Source: a virus (Duplodnaviria > Caudoviricetes). Taken from it: a DNA stretch of 60,332 nucleotides. The DNA is taken from IMG/VR virus record IMGVR_UViG_3300043772_002998, positions 1-60,332 of that record. One strand, written 5' to 3'. A program made the translations under genes and the position numbers. The notes beneath the pieces are model-generated. The model was not told the DNA's origin, ran no database searches, and was given only the letters and a program-made list of their open reading frames with translations. Shown piece by piece: positions 38,163-48,859 of the stretch. The number at the start of each line of letters is the position of its first letter. Position 1 is the first letter of the stretch.

Positions 38163-39978
38163 TTACCAAAGCCACCAATGCGGCCGGATCGGTGCCAGTC
38201 GCTCCAATTTCTTTCGTGCCGCCCACTGCAGGGCATCCCTCTGGAGCCCCATACGTTCGGAGAACAGCGGACGATTCGCCGCGGCTTCCCTCCGGGCGCG
38301 CAGGGCTTCTATTTCCGCTAGTTCGGACTCGATGCGCTTCTCAAAGGCCGCTCGCCGCGCCCTCTCAGCCTTCTCCTTCTCCTCCTGTTCCGCCCGCTCC
38401 AGGGCATCCACCTCCTCCGCCGTCGGCTCCGGGATCGCCGGCAGCCGGCGCCAAGGCACCGTGGTGTTACCCGTGTCGAGCCAGATCGAGCCGTCGTTGC
38501 ACCTCACGTAGGCCATGCCAGCGCCGTCTTCGTCGCGGCTGCCAGTAATCCCCATCGGGAACCTTGCCGGCAGATCGGGATCCTGTAGTTGTCGGGTCAT
38601 CAGTTCACCCCCTGCCGCAGTTGGGCATTCTTGGCGAACACCCGATTAAGCTCCCCCTGCTGGCTGGGCGTCATGGATGCCCACAACCGATCCAGCTCCT
38701 CCAGAATGCTGGTTTCTTGGTCTTCGTTGCCGATGTCCCGGGCGCAGAGCATCCGGGCGATGGCGCATAGGTAGCTCACCTGCGGTAGCTGGCAGCCGGC
38801 CAGCAGCTGCGCCAATGCGGCGGGCACCTGGTCAACCTGATCCGCCTCGCAGAACATGTGCAATGTGTGGTCGGCATCGATCTCAACCATCATCTTGACC
38901 ATCGGGTCGTAGAAGGTGTGAACATCACCGGCGGCGGATGTCCACTCGCCCATGGCGGTAACGATCGGCTGGGGGCGGTTGCTGCCGGCTACTTGGATTT
39001 TGTGAATGGTGGTCATTGGATTGGGGTTTGGGGGATTGTGGGTTCTGCGTCATTGGCATCAATGAAGTCGCCGCACCATCCGTCAACGAACACTGGCGGG
39101 AATCCATTATGAGCCGGGGCATGCTTTCGGCAATGGCCGGCATCACCAGCCCTGAGCACGAACCAAGAGCATCCGCCGCAGGAGAATCCATCGGCGGTGC
39201 GCAAGGCCGGCTCCGGTGCTGGCGTGGGCTCGGACTCGGGCTCTAACTTGACCTCGCCGCCGCGGCGCTCCAGTTCGCGCTCAAGCTCTTTGATGCGGCA
39301 ATAAGCCCCATTCAAGTGCCGCTTATAGTATTCAAGATCTCTAGCGGCATTATTAAGCCCACGGCCAAGGCCATGGGTTTCGTCCTTGAGCCGCTCTGCC
39401 TCGCTCTTAAGCTGAGCATTCTCCTCCTGCAGGGCAGTCAGGTCAATGTGAAGACCCTTGTTCAGCTCCCAGAAGGCCTTCGCTTCCTTCATACCTTGGT
39501 CGTAGCCGTAGTCGTATAGGGCGCGGTGGGCGGCGATCAGAGGTTCGGATTCTGGAGACCACACCTGCCAGCCAATGTGCGGCCTTGATTGACTCTTTGC
39601 CTTCAGTTGCACCTCCCAAAGCTCCTGATCCGACGGCACCCCCGCCACGGCTGGCGATGGCTCGGCGGCTGGTTCGGGGGTCGGCTCAGGGGTTGGGCCT
39701 GGGTTGGCGGCGGCAGCAGCGGCCCGCTCGGCGGCGGCGGCTGTCTGCTGGGCTTGGGCAGTCATTGCAGCAAGTTTATTCGCTGGCCACCACCGCTGAC
39801 CGAGAACGATCCCAGTAAACATTGCGTGCGTATATGCTTCGCCTGGAATAACGCAACCAAGCCATTCAACAACATTTTCACGCTCACAGGGAATCAATAC
39901 ATTCCCATTCGCGTCCGCATCCTCCGCTGTCGGCAGCCGATGCGTAATCCATTCACTCACCGTAATCCATTCACTCAC
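38163..39978 (-). CDS. Three hypothetical genes (38163-38600, 38600-39016, 39013-39978)
   Basis: Overlapping start/stop codons; the last has WIT.RLPT..DAD, a coiled coil and a C..C...C....WCG.F end. Confidence 0.6.
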
Positions 39979-40972
39979 TTTGATCCTCCTCGGGTGGTTG
40001 CTGGGGGTCCGTGGCGCATGCAATCGCCGCCGGTTGCATTTCAGCATATCCCATACCCTCCCCCTGCGCCAACAGCGCCTCAAAACGCTCCAGCATCGCC
40101 GCCACGCCAACCGCCTGACCCCAGTTCTCGCGGCCTAGCGTCCCCATCTGGGTCGCGGCTGCCGACAGCCTCTGCAGGGTCTGCGCAGCGATCGTCAGCT
40201 GTTGGCTCAAGAACTGCTCCGATGCCCGCGTGTCCCTGGTCTCCTCAGCCTCCTGATGCGCCGCCGCCATCGACACTGTTCGTTCAATGATCTGCAGGGT
40301 GTGGGACGACAAGCGCACAAAGCCCTCCGTCAGGTGCTCGCATGCCTGCAGCTGCCGCTTCCCCAGTGACAGGATCGCCAGTCGGTACTCCTCCTGCGCT
40401 CGCATTGACCGGGCAGGAGACGACAGGAACGGCAGGGGCCGCGGCGGCGGCTCTTCATCCATCACCTGCAGCCGTTCCACCACGAGGGGATTCTTCAACG
40501 GCTCCGGCAGACCTTGAGTTTCGCGGTAGCGGTCAAACGCATCCGCACGCTCCCTCCAGTTGCGGGACTTGGCAAGGTTGGCGATGTAGCCGACCGTTAC
40601 CTTCTCGATTGCCGCGATGGTGGTGTAGCGCCTGGGGGGCGGCAGGGCGAGGTAGGACTTGAAACGGTTGTACTGGAGCTTGGTCTCTTCATCCCCAAAC
40701 CGTATGCCACGATTGCGATCCCAGAGGTTGCCGGGCTCCAAGGGGTATAGATTTTGAGGGTGGGCGAAGGAAGTATACCACGGAAGTATAGAAGGCTGAG
40801 GGAAAACGGCGAAAAGTGAACCCGCGGGGCCGAAAAGCGAAGAATTGCGGCGGCTGAGATCCGTTGCGCTGGAAGGGATTATACCTGGGTTATACCGGAA
40901 TGTATACCAGGGATGCGGAAGGGGGTCTGAGGAGTCGCTAGGATGTTGGCTGCGGGGGCGATGCCCCGGCAA
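39971..40972 (-). CDS. Putative terminase small subunit-like HTH protein (start uncertain)
   Basis: WDR......E....Y..F..YL.L...R....IA.............W.ERA.AFD followed by a helical domain. Confidence 0.55.
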   Translation of the reverse strand: MPGHRPRSQHPSDSSDPLPHPWYTFRYNPGIIPSSATDLSRRNSSLFGPAGSLFAVFPQPSILPWYTSFAHPQNLYPLEPGNLWDRNRGIRFGDEETKLQYNRFKSYLALPPPRRYTTIAAIEKVTVGYIANLAKSRNWRERADAFDRYRETQGLPEPLKNPLVVERLQVMDEEPPPRPLPFLSSPARSMRAQEEYRLAILSLGKRQLQACEHLTEGFVRLSSHTLQIIERTVSMAAAHQEAEETRDTRASEQFLSQQLTIAAQTLQRLSAAATQMGTLGRENWGQAVGVAAMLERFEALLAQGEGMGYAEMQPAAIACATDPQQPPEEDQSE

Positions 40973-41078
40973 ACTGGGTCTATGGCGCCTGGCGCCGTGA
41001 GGCCAAGAAAAAGCCCAGAGGGGACGTTAACCCCCCTGGGCCGGTCAAGGTCTGTTCAGTTCACTACGCGGATTCTAC

Positions 41079-42236
41079 ATGTTCACAGACGACAACGCAA
41101 GCGCCGACGCAATGCCGACCGCGCAACGGCCGCCATTTACGGCGCTGCCGAACTGGATGCGGGGGCGGTTTACGGCAGAGGAGATCGGGCTTCTCTGGTG
41201 CCTGCAGTCCTACTTCCCGGATATTCGGCCGTCGGTCGGGACGCTGGAGAGGGTCACGGGGATCAGCCGGCGGCAGCTGCATCGAATGCTGACGGTGCTG
41301 GATCGCGACGGGGTGACGGTGCGCCGGTCAAGGCGCCGGTCAGACGGGGGGAAGACCGCGAACGGATACGGGCTGCGGCTGTGGGATGAGGACGCGAGCC
41401 GGACGATCCGAGCGGGTGAGGGCGGGGGGGTATGTGCCACACAGTCACATGCCCATGTGCCACACAGTCACATCCCATGTGCCACGGTGACACCCCCCCC
41501 ATGTGCCACACAGTCACATGCCCATGTGCCACACAGTCACATCCCATGTGCCACGGTGGCACATCAGGAAGAAGAACAAGGGGAACAAGAACAAGGCTTG
41601 AAGAAAGAAATCCAACAGCCGTACCCCCCTAAAAGCCCCCCCCAGGGGGGGAGCACCCCGCAAGCGGGGCCCGTTTTGGGGTTCCAAACGGAAGAGGTCC
41701 CCAGAAGGCCCCAGAATGCCCCTGAAATCGACGCCAGCCCCATCGGTACGCAACAGCCCCCGGAAAGGCCTTCTAGCGCCACGCAACAGCCACTGGCGGT
41801 TGTTGCTGATCCCAGTTCAACCCCAGTCGTTGAAGGTGCCGACAAGCCCAAGGCGAAGCGTTCCGCGGCGGCGCGGGATCCGTTCGCGAGCAAAACCCTT
41901 CCAGCGACTGCGGTCCCAGATGATCTGCTGGACTGTCAGCAGCTGCTAGCCGAGTGGTGGCAGGTGAAGGGCCGTGGCCGCACCCGGGTGGCATTCAATC
42001 GAGCATGCGGGTTGCTGCGGCAGCAGTCGCCAGAGGATCGGCGGCAGATGCTCACCAATGCCGTGATTGGCGGTTGGCAGGGGCTGCATGAGATACAGAA
42101 AGGCCGTGGTGTTTCCAACGGGCAGGGGATGGGTTATGGTGAGCGCCGGCTGACCCAGAACGAGCGGAGCACGCTGGAGGCGATGGCTATCGTTCGTGGT
42201 GAGCGGCCTGGTTTTTCGATCTTTCGTGCCCCATGA
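41079..42236 (+). CDS. Replication initiator (N-terminal winged HTH, lambda O-like organisation)
   Basis: FTALPNW, PSV.TL...TGISRR.....L..L...G, N.Y.L; internal iterons. Confidence 0.8.
   Translation: MFTDDNASADAMPTAQRPPFTALPNWMRGRFTAEEIGLLWCLQSYFPDIRPSVGTLERVTGISRRQLHRMLTVLDRDGVTVRRSRRRSDGGKTANGYGLRLWDEDASRTIRAGEGGGVCATQSHAHVPHSHIPCATVTPPPCATQSHAHVPHSHIPCATVAHQEEEQGEQEQGLKKEIQQPYPPKSPPQGGSTPQAGPVLGFQTEEVPRRPQNAPEIDASPIGTQQPPERPSSATQQPLAVVADPSSTPVVEGADKPKAKRSAAARDPFASKTLPATAVPDDLLDCQQLLAEWWQVKGRGRTRVAFNRACGLLRQQSPEDRRQMLTNAVIGGWQGLHEIQKGRGVSNGQGMGYGERRLTQNERSTLEAMAIVRGERPGFSIFRAP
41432..41564. repeat. Iteron array / probable replication origin
   Basis: ATGTGCCAC at 41432, 41455, 41477, 41501, 41524, 41546 plus an inverted copy at 41556-41564. 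Confidence 0.85.
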
Positions 42237-43029
42237 TCACAGAATCACAATTTTTTCAGGCTTTGCATACATTATGCGAAGTGCTGCCATTCAGTAAGCA
42301 GCTGAGCCCTGAGAGCAAGGCAGCGTTGTGGGATATGTTCCCGGAGCGTGCGAAGCGGGACTTAAATCCGGGTGATTTGAGGTGGGCGATGGAACAGCGA
42401 TTACTGGATCCAGACCCGCCGCGTGAAATGGCGATGTCTACTGTATTCCTGCATTATTGCTATCCGAAACGTGATGGATGGCCGGCGTTGGATGCGGGGC
42501 CGCGGCGGCGGGATCCACGGGATCTGGCTACGTGGGTGCCTGGGCAGGCGTTGCCGATGCAACAGGAGGCGAAGCAGCTGCCGGGATCGGCCCCGGTCTT
42601 TGACTGTGACGCGAACTGGGCTGGTGGTTTTATCGGGCATGGTGATCGCCGATGAAAAGGACCGTGATTGGCGTGGGCCCTTTGCTGGCCGGGATGGTGG
42701 CGAAAGGGCTGGTGACGCTGGAACAACTAGACACGCCGACCCCGAGGTGGCAGGCAGAACTACCGCTGATGACTGAGTATCGGGCAATGGACGGTCAGCC
42801 GGCGCCTGAATGGCGCAATTCAGCGCGGGAATGGATCGAGGCGCACCCGGGCGATTGGGTGGCGTTGCAGAAACTGCATGCGGAAGCACGGCAGAACCGT
42901 GAGGAGTTCCGGCGGTCCCGGTCGGGCCTTGGTTGGCCGGCGGCAGCGGGAGAACGGCTGGCGGAAGTGCCGGCGACGCCTGCCAGGGGGTGGGCGGATT
43001 CGGATGACCTTGTGGATTTTGAGCCATGA
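42233..43029 (+). CDS. Two replication-associated hypothetical genes (42233-42655 helicase-loader-like; 42652-43029)
   Basis: ATGA-coupled to the initiator. Confidence 0.55.
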
Positions 43030-44219
43030 TCGCTCCTTTCGTACTTCACCTCGGCGATTGCCTCGACGTGTTGCGCACGATGGAGGCGGAGAGTGTTCAC
43101 GCGATCGTGACGGATCCGCCCTATGGGTTGGCGTTCATGGGCAAGCGGTGGGATTACGACGTGCCCAGCGTGGAAATCTGGGCCGAGTGTCTGCGCGTGC
43201 TGAAGCCCGGCGGGCACCTGCTGGCGTTCGCCGGGACAAGGACACAGCATCGGATGGCGTGCAGGATTGAGGATGCGGGCTTTGAGATTCGGGACATGAT
43301 TGCCTGGGTCTACGGGTCGGGGTTCCCGAAATCGATGGACGTGAGCAAGGCGATTGATCGGGTGGCAGGGGCGGAGCGGGAGGTGGTGGGCTCAAAGCTT
43401 GGCCAGCCAGGCTATCGCAGCGGTCCAACAGGTGAAAACGACGTGTACGGCGCCGGTTTGGCGAATGGTGACGCGAAGTGCGAAGTAACCGCCCCCGCCA
43501 CCCCCGAAGCCCAGCAGTGGGCCGGCTGGGGCACAGCGCTAAAGCCCGCCCTGGAGCCCATCACCATGGCCCGCAAGCCACTGGCCGGCACCGTGGCAGC
43601 GAACGTGTTGGAGCACGGCACCGGTGCGCTGAATGTTGATGGTTGCAGGGTGGCGGCTGAAGACGGCTACACAGAGAATGCCGTAACTCAAGGAGTCAAC
43701 ACGGCTCAAACGTCCTACGCGCCTGCCGTGGTTCGTAGAACGTTTGAGCCGTGTCAATCCGGCCGCTGGCCCGCCAATTTGGTCCACGACGGCAGCGAAG
43801 ATGTCATGGAGTTGTTTCCAGAGACGTCCAGTGGAGCGCTAAACCAAGCAAGCGTCAAGGCAACCAACCGGATCTACAACAACTTTCCCAATACCTACGC
43901 CAACCCTAAGCAGTTTGAGCCAAGTACCGGCAGCGCCGCCCGGTTCTTCTACACCGCCAAGGCCAGCGCCGCCGAACGGCAAGGCGTCACCCATCCGACG
44001 GTGAAGCCCCTCGACTTGATGGCCTACCTCTGCCGGCTGGTGACCCCACCCGGCGGGATCGTGCTGGATCCATTCGCCGGCAGCGGCACCACCCTGAAGG
44101 CTGCGATCTCCGAAGGCTTTCAGGCCATCGGCATTGAACGCGACCCCGCTTACCACGCCATGGCTGAACGGCGCCTCAACGGGGCCCAGCTGGGCTTGTC
44201 GCTAGGGGGGTTGCCATGA
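43026..44219 (+). CDS. DNA N6-adenine/N4-cytosine methyltransferase (beta class)
   Basis: VTDPPY (motif IV), RVLKPGG, HPTVKP, VLDPFAGSGTT (motif I). Confidence 0.93.
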   Translation: MIAPFVLHLGDCLDVLRTMEAESVHAIVTDPPYGLAFMGKRWDYDVPSVEIWAECLRVLKPGGHLLAFAGTRTQHRMACRIEDAGFEIRDMIAWVYGSGFPKSMDVSKAIDRVAGAEREVVGSKLGQPGYRSGPTGENDVYGAGLANGDAKCEVTAPATPEAQQWAGWGTALKPALEPITMARKPLAGTVAANVLEHGTGALNVDGCRVAAEDGYTENAVTQGVNTAQTSYAPAVVRRTFEPCQSGRWPANLVHDGSEDVMELFPETSSGALNQASVKATNRIYNNFPNTYANPKQFEPSTGSAARFFYTAKASAAERQGVTHPTVKPLDLMAYLCRLVTPPGGIVLDPFAGSGTTLKAAISEGFQAIGIERDPAYHAMAERRLNGAQLGLSLGGLP

Positions 44220-44869
44220 TCACCGAATGGCAAGACACCCATCCGGTCAAGCCGGATCCTGGCAGCGGGTTGTATGTGAGGCCCGATGGCAGCACGGCGG
44301 TACCGGCGAAGAAGCTGATCGATTGGGCATACCCGCCGCCGCCGGGGCAGCCGGAACGCAATCGAGCGGTGAGGGCTGCGTGCGCGACCCATGCAAGGTT
44401 TGTGGCGGGGAAGGGCCCGGCGGTGGATCTGGCGAAGGTGCCGGATGCTGAACGTCCCACGGTTGGGACACTCGTTGGCCATCGGTTTTGGGAGCGGCTG
44501 GATGTGCTGGGCGCGCCGGTGCATACGGCGTTCCCTGGCGATCCGTTCGGGACCACCATCGATCTGCTGGTGAGATTCAAGGAGGGCGGTCTGAACGCGG
44601 TGGCGTCGCTGCAGACTGCCCCGAAGGATGGGGTGCGGCGGGATGCGGTGATGGCAGAGCTTGGGGTAGCGTTACATATCCTGTCCGATCTTCATAGTAC
44701 GTTAATCCCGAAAGCGTTTGTGATTTGGGCGCAACCACAAAAGGTAGAAATTGAGTTGCTGGATGCGGACGTCTGTACGATTGAATGGTTCCATGCGTGG
44801 AAGTTATGCCGATGGCAGGAGAAAAGGGATGAGATTATGACCCATTACGGAATCGAGCCGAAGCAATGA
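44216..44869 (+). CDS. Hypothetical protein, degenerate PD-(D/E)XK-like
   Basis: GTTIDLL...ASLQT in place of D...DLKT. Confidence 0.45.
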   Translation: MITEWQDTHPVKPDPGSGLYVRPDGSTAVPAKKLIDWAYPPPPGQPERNRAVRAACATHARFVAGKGPAVDLAKVPDAERPTVGTLVGHRFWERLDVLGAPVHTAFPGDPFGTTIDLLVRFKEGGLNAVASLQTAPKDGVRRDAVMAELGVALHILSDLHSTLIPKAFVIWAQPQKVEIELLDADVCTIEWFHAWKLCRWQEKRDEIMTHYGIEPKQ

Positions 44870-45002
44870 CTGACGACATGCTGACGACGGATCAGGGGAC
44901 GGTAGATGTCGGTGGCCCTGCGCCGCCGTTGTGGCCGGAGGAGATGCCGGCGACGATCGAAACCCTTAACGCCATCGCCCACGAACTTCAACACGAAACA
45001 CC

Positions 45003-45206
45003 ATGACCACCTACACAGCATCACAACCCCTGATTCCGAGCGTGGGGGAGCACTGGGAATCCCCGAGGGGGAACCGGTATGAATGCACCAGAACGCAGGC
45101 TGATGGGCTGGTGTACTTCACGCCGCTACCCGGGTCCGGCGGGGTGTTGCATTGCTGGAACACCCGCTTTCGGCTGAAAGGCTGGCAGCGGCTGGCAGTG
45201 GGGTAA
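45003..45206 (+). CDS. Small hypothetical protein
   Basis: P.VGE.W.SPRG..Y; ends at a hairpin. Confidence 0.5.
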   Translation: MTTYTASQPLIPSVGEHWESPRGNRYECTRTQADGLVYFTPLPGSGGVLHCWNTRFRLKGWQRLAVG

Positions 45207-45211
45207 GGGCA

Positions 45212-45249
45212 CAAAAAAGCGGCTGCCGGCATGATGGCTGGCAGCCGCG
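45212..45249 (-). terminator. Terminator between convergent genes
   Basis: GCGGCTGCC...GGCAGCCGC followed by TTTTTT on minus. Confidence 0.7.
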
Positions 45250-45266
45250 GGGCGGTGGGGGAGGGA

Positions 45267-45632
45267 TCAGCCTTCCCCGTCGTCGTCTTCATCTGCCAGG
45301 TCTTCGCTGACCACGGCAGCACCGGCGAGATCAGAGAGGCTTTCAAGCGCGACCATGAGCCGCTCGCTGTCGGAAGCCCAGGCGAGGAAGCAGGCGGCTT
45401 GAGATTCGCGCTCTTCCTGGCTGATGGCGGCATCGGTGCTGGTGATGCCGCTGATCAGGTCGCTCAGTTCTTCCTCGTGATGCTGTCGGTAGTTTTTCAG
45501 CAGCTCATAGCCCACTAGGAAGGCGTGATCAGGCGAGAGGGAGAGCGTTTCGAGGTGCAGGAGGGCATTAGAGACGGGTGCCGGCAGCTCCATTTCCATT
45601 TCGTCTTCATTGAAGGGGGTGAAGGGTTCCAC
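45267..45632 (-). CDS. Very acidic small protein
   Basis: D/E-rich with very few K/R; isolated minus-strand gene with its own terminator. Confidence 0.6.
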   Translation of the reverse strand: MEPFTPFNEDEMEMELPAPVSNALLHLETLSLSPDHAFLVGYELLKNYRQHHEEELSDLISGITSTDAAISQEERESQAACFLAWASDSERLMVALESLSDLAGAAVVSEDLADEDDDGEG

Positions 45633-45794
45633 GGGTGTGGGTCAGTGCGGAAGCACTATAGACCATGCCGAACGTTGCGGAATATGACTAGGGGTGTTGC
45701 CTGGGGTTTGCATGGGTGGTAATGTATGGAAGTCAGCAGGCCGAGCGCGCCGCTGACGCATCCACACCACGTCCGGCGGGAGCCGGCAACACCA

Positions 45795-46196
45795 ATGAAA
45801 ACGACCACGATTCAAGGGATCACCCGGGCCAACTGGGGCGCATGGCTGGAGGCGACCGCGCGGCGGGTTGTGCCGATCATCGCCCTGGCCTATGTGGCGG
45901 GCATAGCGGTTGGCGCCTTCGTGCATGGGCTGAATGAAGGGCTGGCGGCACTGGTGCGCGAACCGCGGCGGGAGGCTGTGCAGGATGCCCCGGTGGCGGT
46001 TGCGGAGGCCCTGCCGGCGATGGCAGCACCGATCGCCGGGGCGATCGCCCCTGCGGCTCCTGCGGTGCGCCCTGTGCGGGCTGCGGAAGCAGTCACCCTG
46101 GCGCAGCTGACGAATCGGGAGCTTATGCAGCTGGTGGGCACCCGGCGGCGGCTGCCGAAGACACAGCTCATTGCGATGGCGGTGCAGATGGCATAG
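45795..46196 (+). CDS. Membrane protein, paralogue of 36766-37185
   Basis: YVAGIAVG...H..N; LTNRELMQLVG.....KTQLIAMA. Confidence 0.65.
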   Translation: MKTTTIQGITRANWGAWLEATARRVVPIIALAYVAGIAVGAFVHGLNEGLAALVREPRREAVQDAPVAVAEALPAMAAPIAGAIAPAAPAVRPVRAAEAVTLAQLTNRELMQLVGTRRRLPKTQLIAMAVQMA

Positions 46197-46225
46197 GATG
46201 CCGCTGCAAATGACCCTCTGATTTT

Positions 46226-46489
46226 ATGGCTGGCGTCATGCTTTCCGTTCATGACTCTGAGTTTGAGCAGCGGTATCCCAACTTCTGCAAAACATATGAC
46301 GCCATGGGCCGACGCATCCGCATGATTGAATCATGCAACCCAGAGACTGGAGAGGTTGTGCGGCTTGACCTTGATGCCTACAACCTTCTCCGGCGGTTGC
46401 CTTTTGCGTGGCGATTCCACTCCAAGCTCGGGATTGCGCGCCGGCATGGGTTCTTCCCCGCTCCGCTGACGATCGTGCCCATCCCCTGA
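46226..46489 (+). CDS. Hypothetical protein
   Basis: CNPETGEVV...RRHGFFPAPL. Confidence 0.55.
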   Translation: MAGVMLSVHDSEFEQRYPNFCKTYDAMGRRIRMIESCNPETGEVVRLDLDAYNLLRRLPFAWRFHSKLGIARRHGFFPAPLTIVPIP

Positions 46490-46503
46490 TCACACCACCA
46501 CCC

Positions 46504-46836
46504 ATGGCCAACGCAAACAAGCGCAAAGGCGACGCCTTCGAGCTGAGCATCCAGCGGTACCTTGCGGAGCGGTTGGACTGCGAGCGGATCCCGGCCGGTG
46601 CGACCGTTGACCGGGGGGACCTCTGGACCCGGACGTGCCTGGTGCAATGCAAAAACCAGAAGGCGATCCGCCTCGGGGAGTGGTTGCGGGAGACGATCCA
46701 GCAGCAGCAGGACGCGAAGAAGCCCTTGCATGCTCTGGTGATCAAGCGCTACCGCACCACCGACCCAGCAGATCAGTTTGTCGTGATGACGCTGGAGCAG
46801 TTGCGGGAGCTGCTGGCGGGGCAGGCGCAACCATGA
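46504..46836 (+). CDS. Holliday junction resolvase (Hjc-like PD-(D/E)XK)
   Basis: NKRKG..FE, DRGDL, VQCKN, LVIKR. Confidence 0.8.
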   Translation: MANANKRKGDAFELSIQRYLAERLDCERIPAGATVDRGDLWTRTCLVQCKNQKAIRLGEWLRETIQQQQDAKKPLHALVIKRYRTTDPADQFVVMTLEQLRELLAGQAQP

Positions 46837-48691
46837 AAGAAACCATAACCGGGACAGTCCAGGGCGAGTACGCACGGCGATACCCGTCGTACACGTACCG
46901 CAAGCCAGTGCAAAGCCCGCTCACACCGCATGAACTGTATGCCGACCGGGTGTACTGGGACCGTGAATACCCAAGGTGGAGCAAAGCTATTCCACTAGCT
47001 GCAATCCAGTGTGTTGAGCTGGCGGATTATTCAATCACCACCGACGATCACCCGTTGTATCCCAAGGCGATCCTTCGGGTAGAGGTATGGTTGCAACCCA
47101 ACCAGTACACAGCGGCAAAAAATGCGGTGCTTTTGCGTGAATTCATGATCAGCCTTGAATTGTTCCTGACCAAGTGGGAGGATGTGCGAGATGAGCTGAT
47201 CCGGGAGGCCTTCGGGCCTCCTAGAGCCAGAGTAAACAACTGCAACAATCCCCCGTGACGAACGATCCGCAGACCTAGGCTTGCTTTGTCACCCGACAAC
47301 CTCTCTCAATCCCAGTCCAATGACCACACCCGAAGACCTCCTGCGGCATCTACAGGAACTCCCAACCTTCACTCTGCCGACTATTCACCTAAACGGCACC
47401 GGCGCGCAGTCGTTAAAGGATGAATACCGCGCATTGCGGAAGGCGGTTGAAACCGCCGAAGATGCGCTTGTCGCCGCCACCTGCAACGGCCGCGACTTCT
47501 ACCCCCAAGAACCCGGAGCATTTGAGGCAGCTCGGCGGGAGCGGGAGGAGATGCAAGGCCATCTCGCCCGGGTCCGCCAGTATGCGGAACGGTGGGAGCT
47601 GCACGCCATGGATCACGTCCGCGGCAAAGACTGATCCTGACCCGTTTCCATCCATCCATCCATCCCCCACCCCATCCCCAGCTATGAACCTGACCCCCAC
47701 CGAAGCCCTGCGCCGCCTTCGCCTGCTCTACCGCAACGCTCACCACATCTCCACCGGTCCCGTCGATGATCTGACGGTACTGTGGTGGGCGTCGCCGCTG
47801 CTGCTGTCCAATTGGGCAACCCATAAGATCCGTTCCGGCGGGTGGTCGTTTGATGCCACCCAAACGGTGGTGCGGGACGCGAAGCAGCTGCAGCGGCGGG
47901 CGATCTTGGCACCCCCTGAGGATGCCGTGATGCCTGAGCCGCCAACTACGGGCGCCGACCCTTTCGATGCCCTGTTGCCGATTGAGGGGAACCGGTGAGC
48001 CGCGGCTATGTGTTCCCGTTCCGCGTCGTAGCCCGTCGGCATGGCGCGGAACCCGCCCGGATTGATTGCCTGGCATCGACGCCCGCGGCTGCGGTGCTGA
48101 TCGGCCGGCGGTGCTTTCCGGGCTGGCTGATCAGCGCCACACCACGTCCCATTCGCGTTCTGTACCTCGCATGAGCACCTCCACCCCCACCCTTGACCAG
48201 GCCCGCGAGGCCCTCGCCATCGCTGGCAAAGCTGGCAGGGAGCTGCAGCGCGACTACATCGTGGCTGCCCTGCGAAAGCGGCACGCGGGACTGAAGGCAT
48301 CCTACGAAGTCTCGCCAACGCCAGCCCATCGCGCCCTCGTGGCGGAGCTGGCCATGCTGGTGTGCTGGGTGGAGTCGCTTCCCTGCGACCCGCCGCCGCT
48401 GCCAGATGACGGATTGTGACGCGGGCATGACCAGGGGTGTCACGAGTGATCTACGATATGGGAACCGGAGGGGAGGCCCTCCGTTCCTTTCGTCCGGCCC
48501 CGCAGCCGGCCCCCAGCATGGCCAACAACCAAGTTGTTGAGTTGATTGCTCAGTTCACGGCAGAAGCCGAATCCGTGGCATCTGAGCTTCGGCACCTGCT
48601 CCCACATAGCGACCCCGGCCGCTACTTGGATCTGATCCGGCGATATTCAGAGCTGAAAGGGTGGATCACAACCTGTCAAGCTCGCGCCTGA
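46833..48691 (+). CDS. Five small hypothetical genes (46833-47258, 47320-47634, 47684-47998, 48171-48419, 48518-48691)
   Basis: Protein-like ORFs after C-rich leaders; 47320 has PTIHLNGT...NGRDFYPQ. Confidence 0.55.
48439..48457 (+). promoter_or_regulatory. Repeated early promoter motif, diverged copy
   Basis: GTCACGAGTGATCTACGAT followed by GGGGGAGGCC, as in two other copies. Confidence 0.5.
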
Positions 48692-48738
48692 CCCCCCCCG
48701 CCCCGGCACCCCCCGGGGCTTTTTCATGCCCGCTCGTG

Positions 48739-48826
48739 TTGACGGCAGCCCGCTGCGGGGGTATTGTGCCATCGGTTCATAGGCTCTCTGAGCCCCCTGC
48801 CGACTGCAATCGGTGGGGGGCTTTTT
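48739..48826 (+). ncRNA. Candidate small RNA gene 1 (promoter, ~55 nt RNA, terminator)
   Basis: TTGACG-17bp-TATTGT, then TCGGTTCATAGGCTCTCT and a GC hairpin with TTTTT; no ORF. Confidence 0.55.
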
Positions 48827-48859
48827 CATGCCGCCCAATGCGCCCGTCCCCTGCGGGCA

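Noticed and set aside
40958-40972. GCGATGCCCCGGCAA shared with the scaffold leader
   Set aside because: Single 15-nt GC-rich match in an unrelated context; may be chance
41432-41564. CRISPR-like array
   Set aside because: Units are 22-24 bp with no unique spacers, lie in frame inside the initiator gene, and there are no cas genes; iterons fit better
48518-48691. NblA-like phycobilisome degradation protein
   Set aside because: Similar size, but lacks the LSLEQ.F motif
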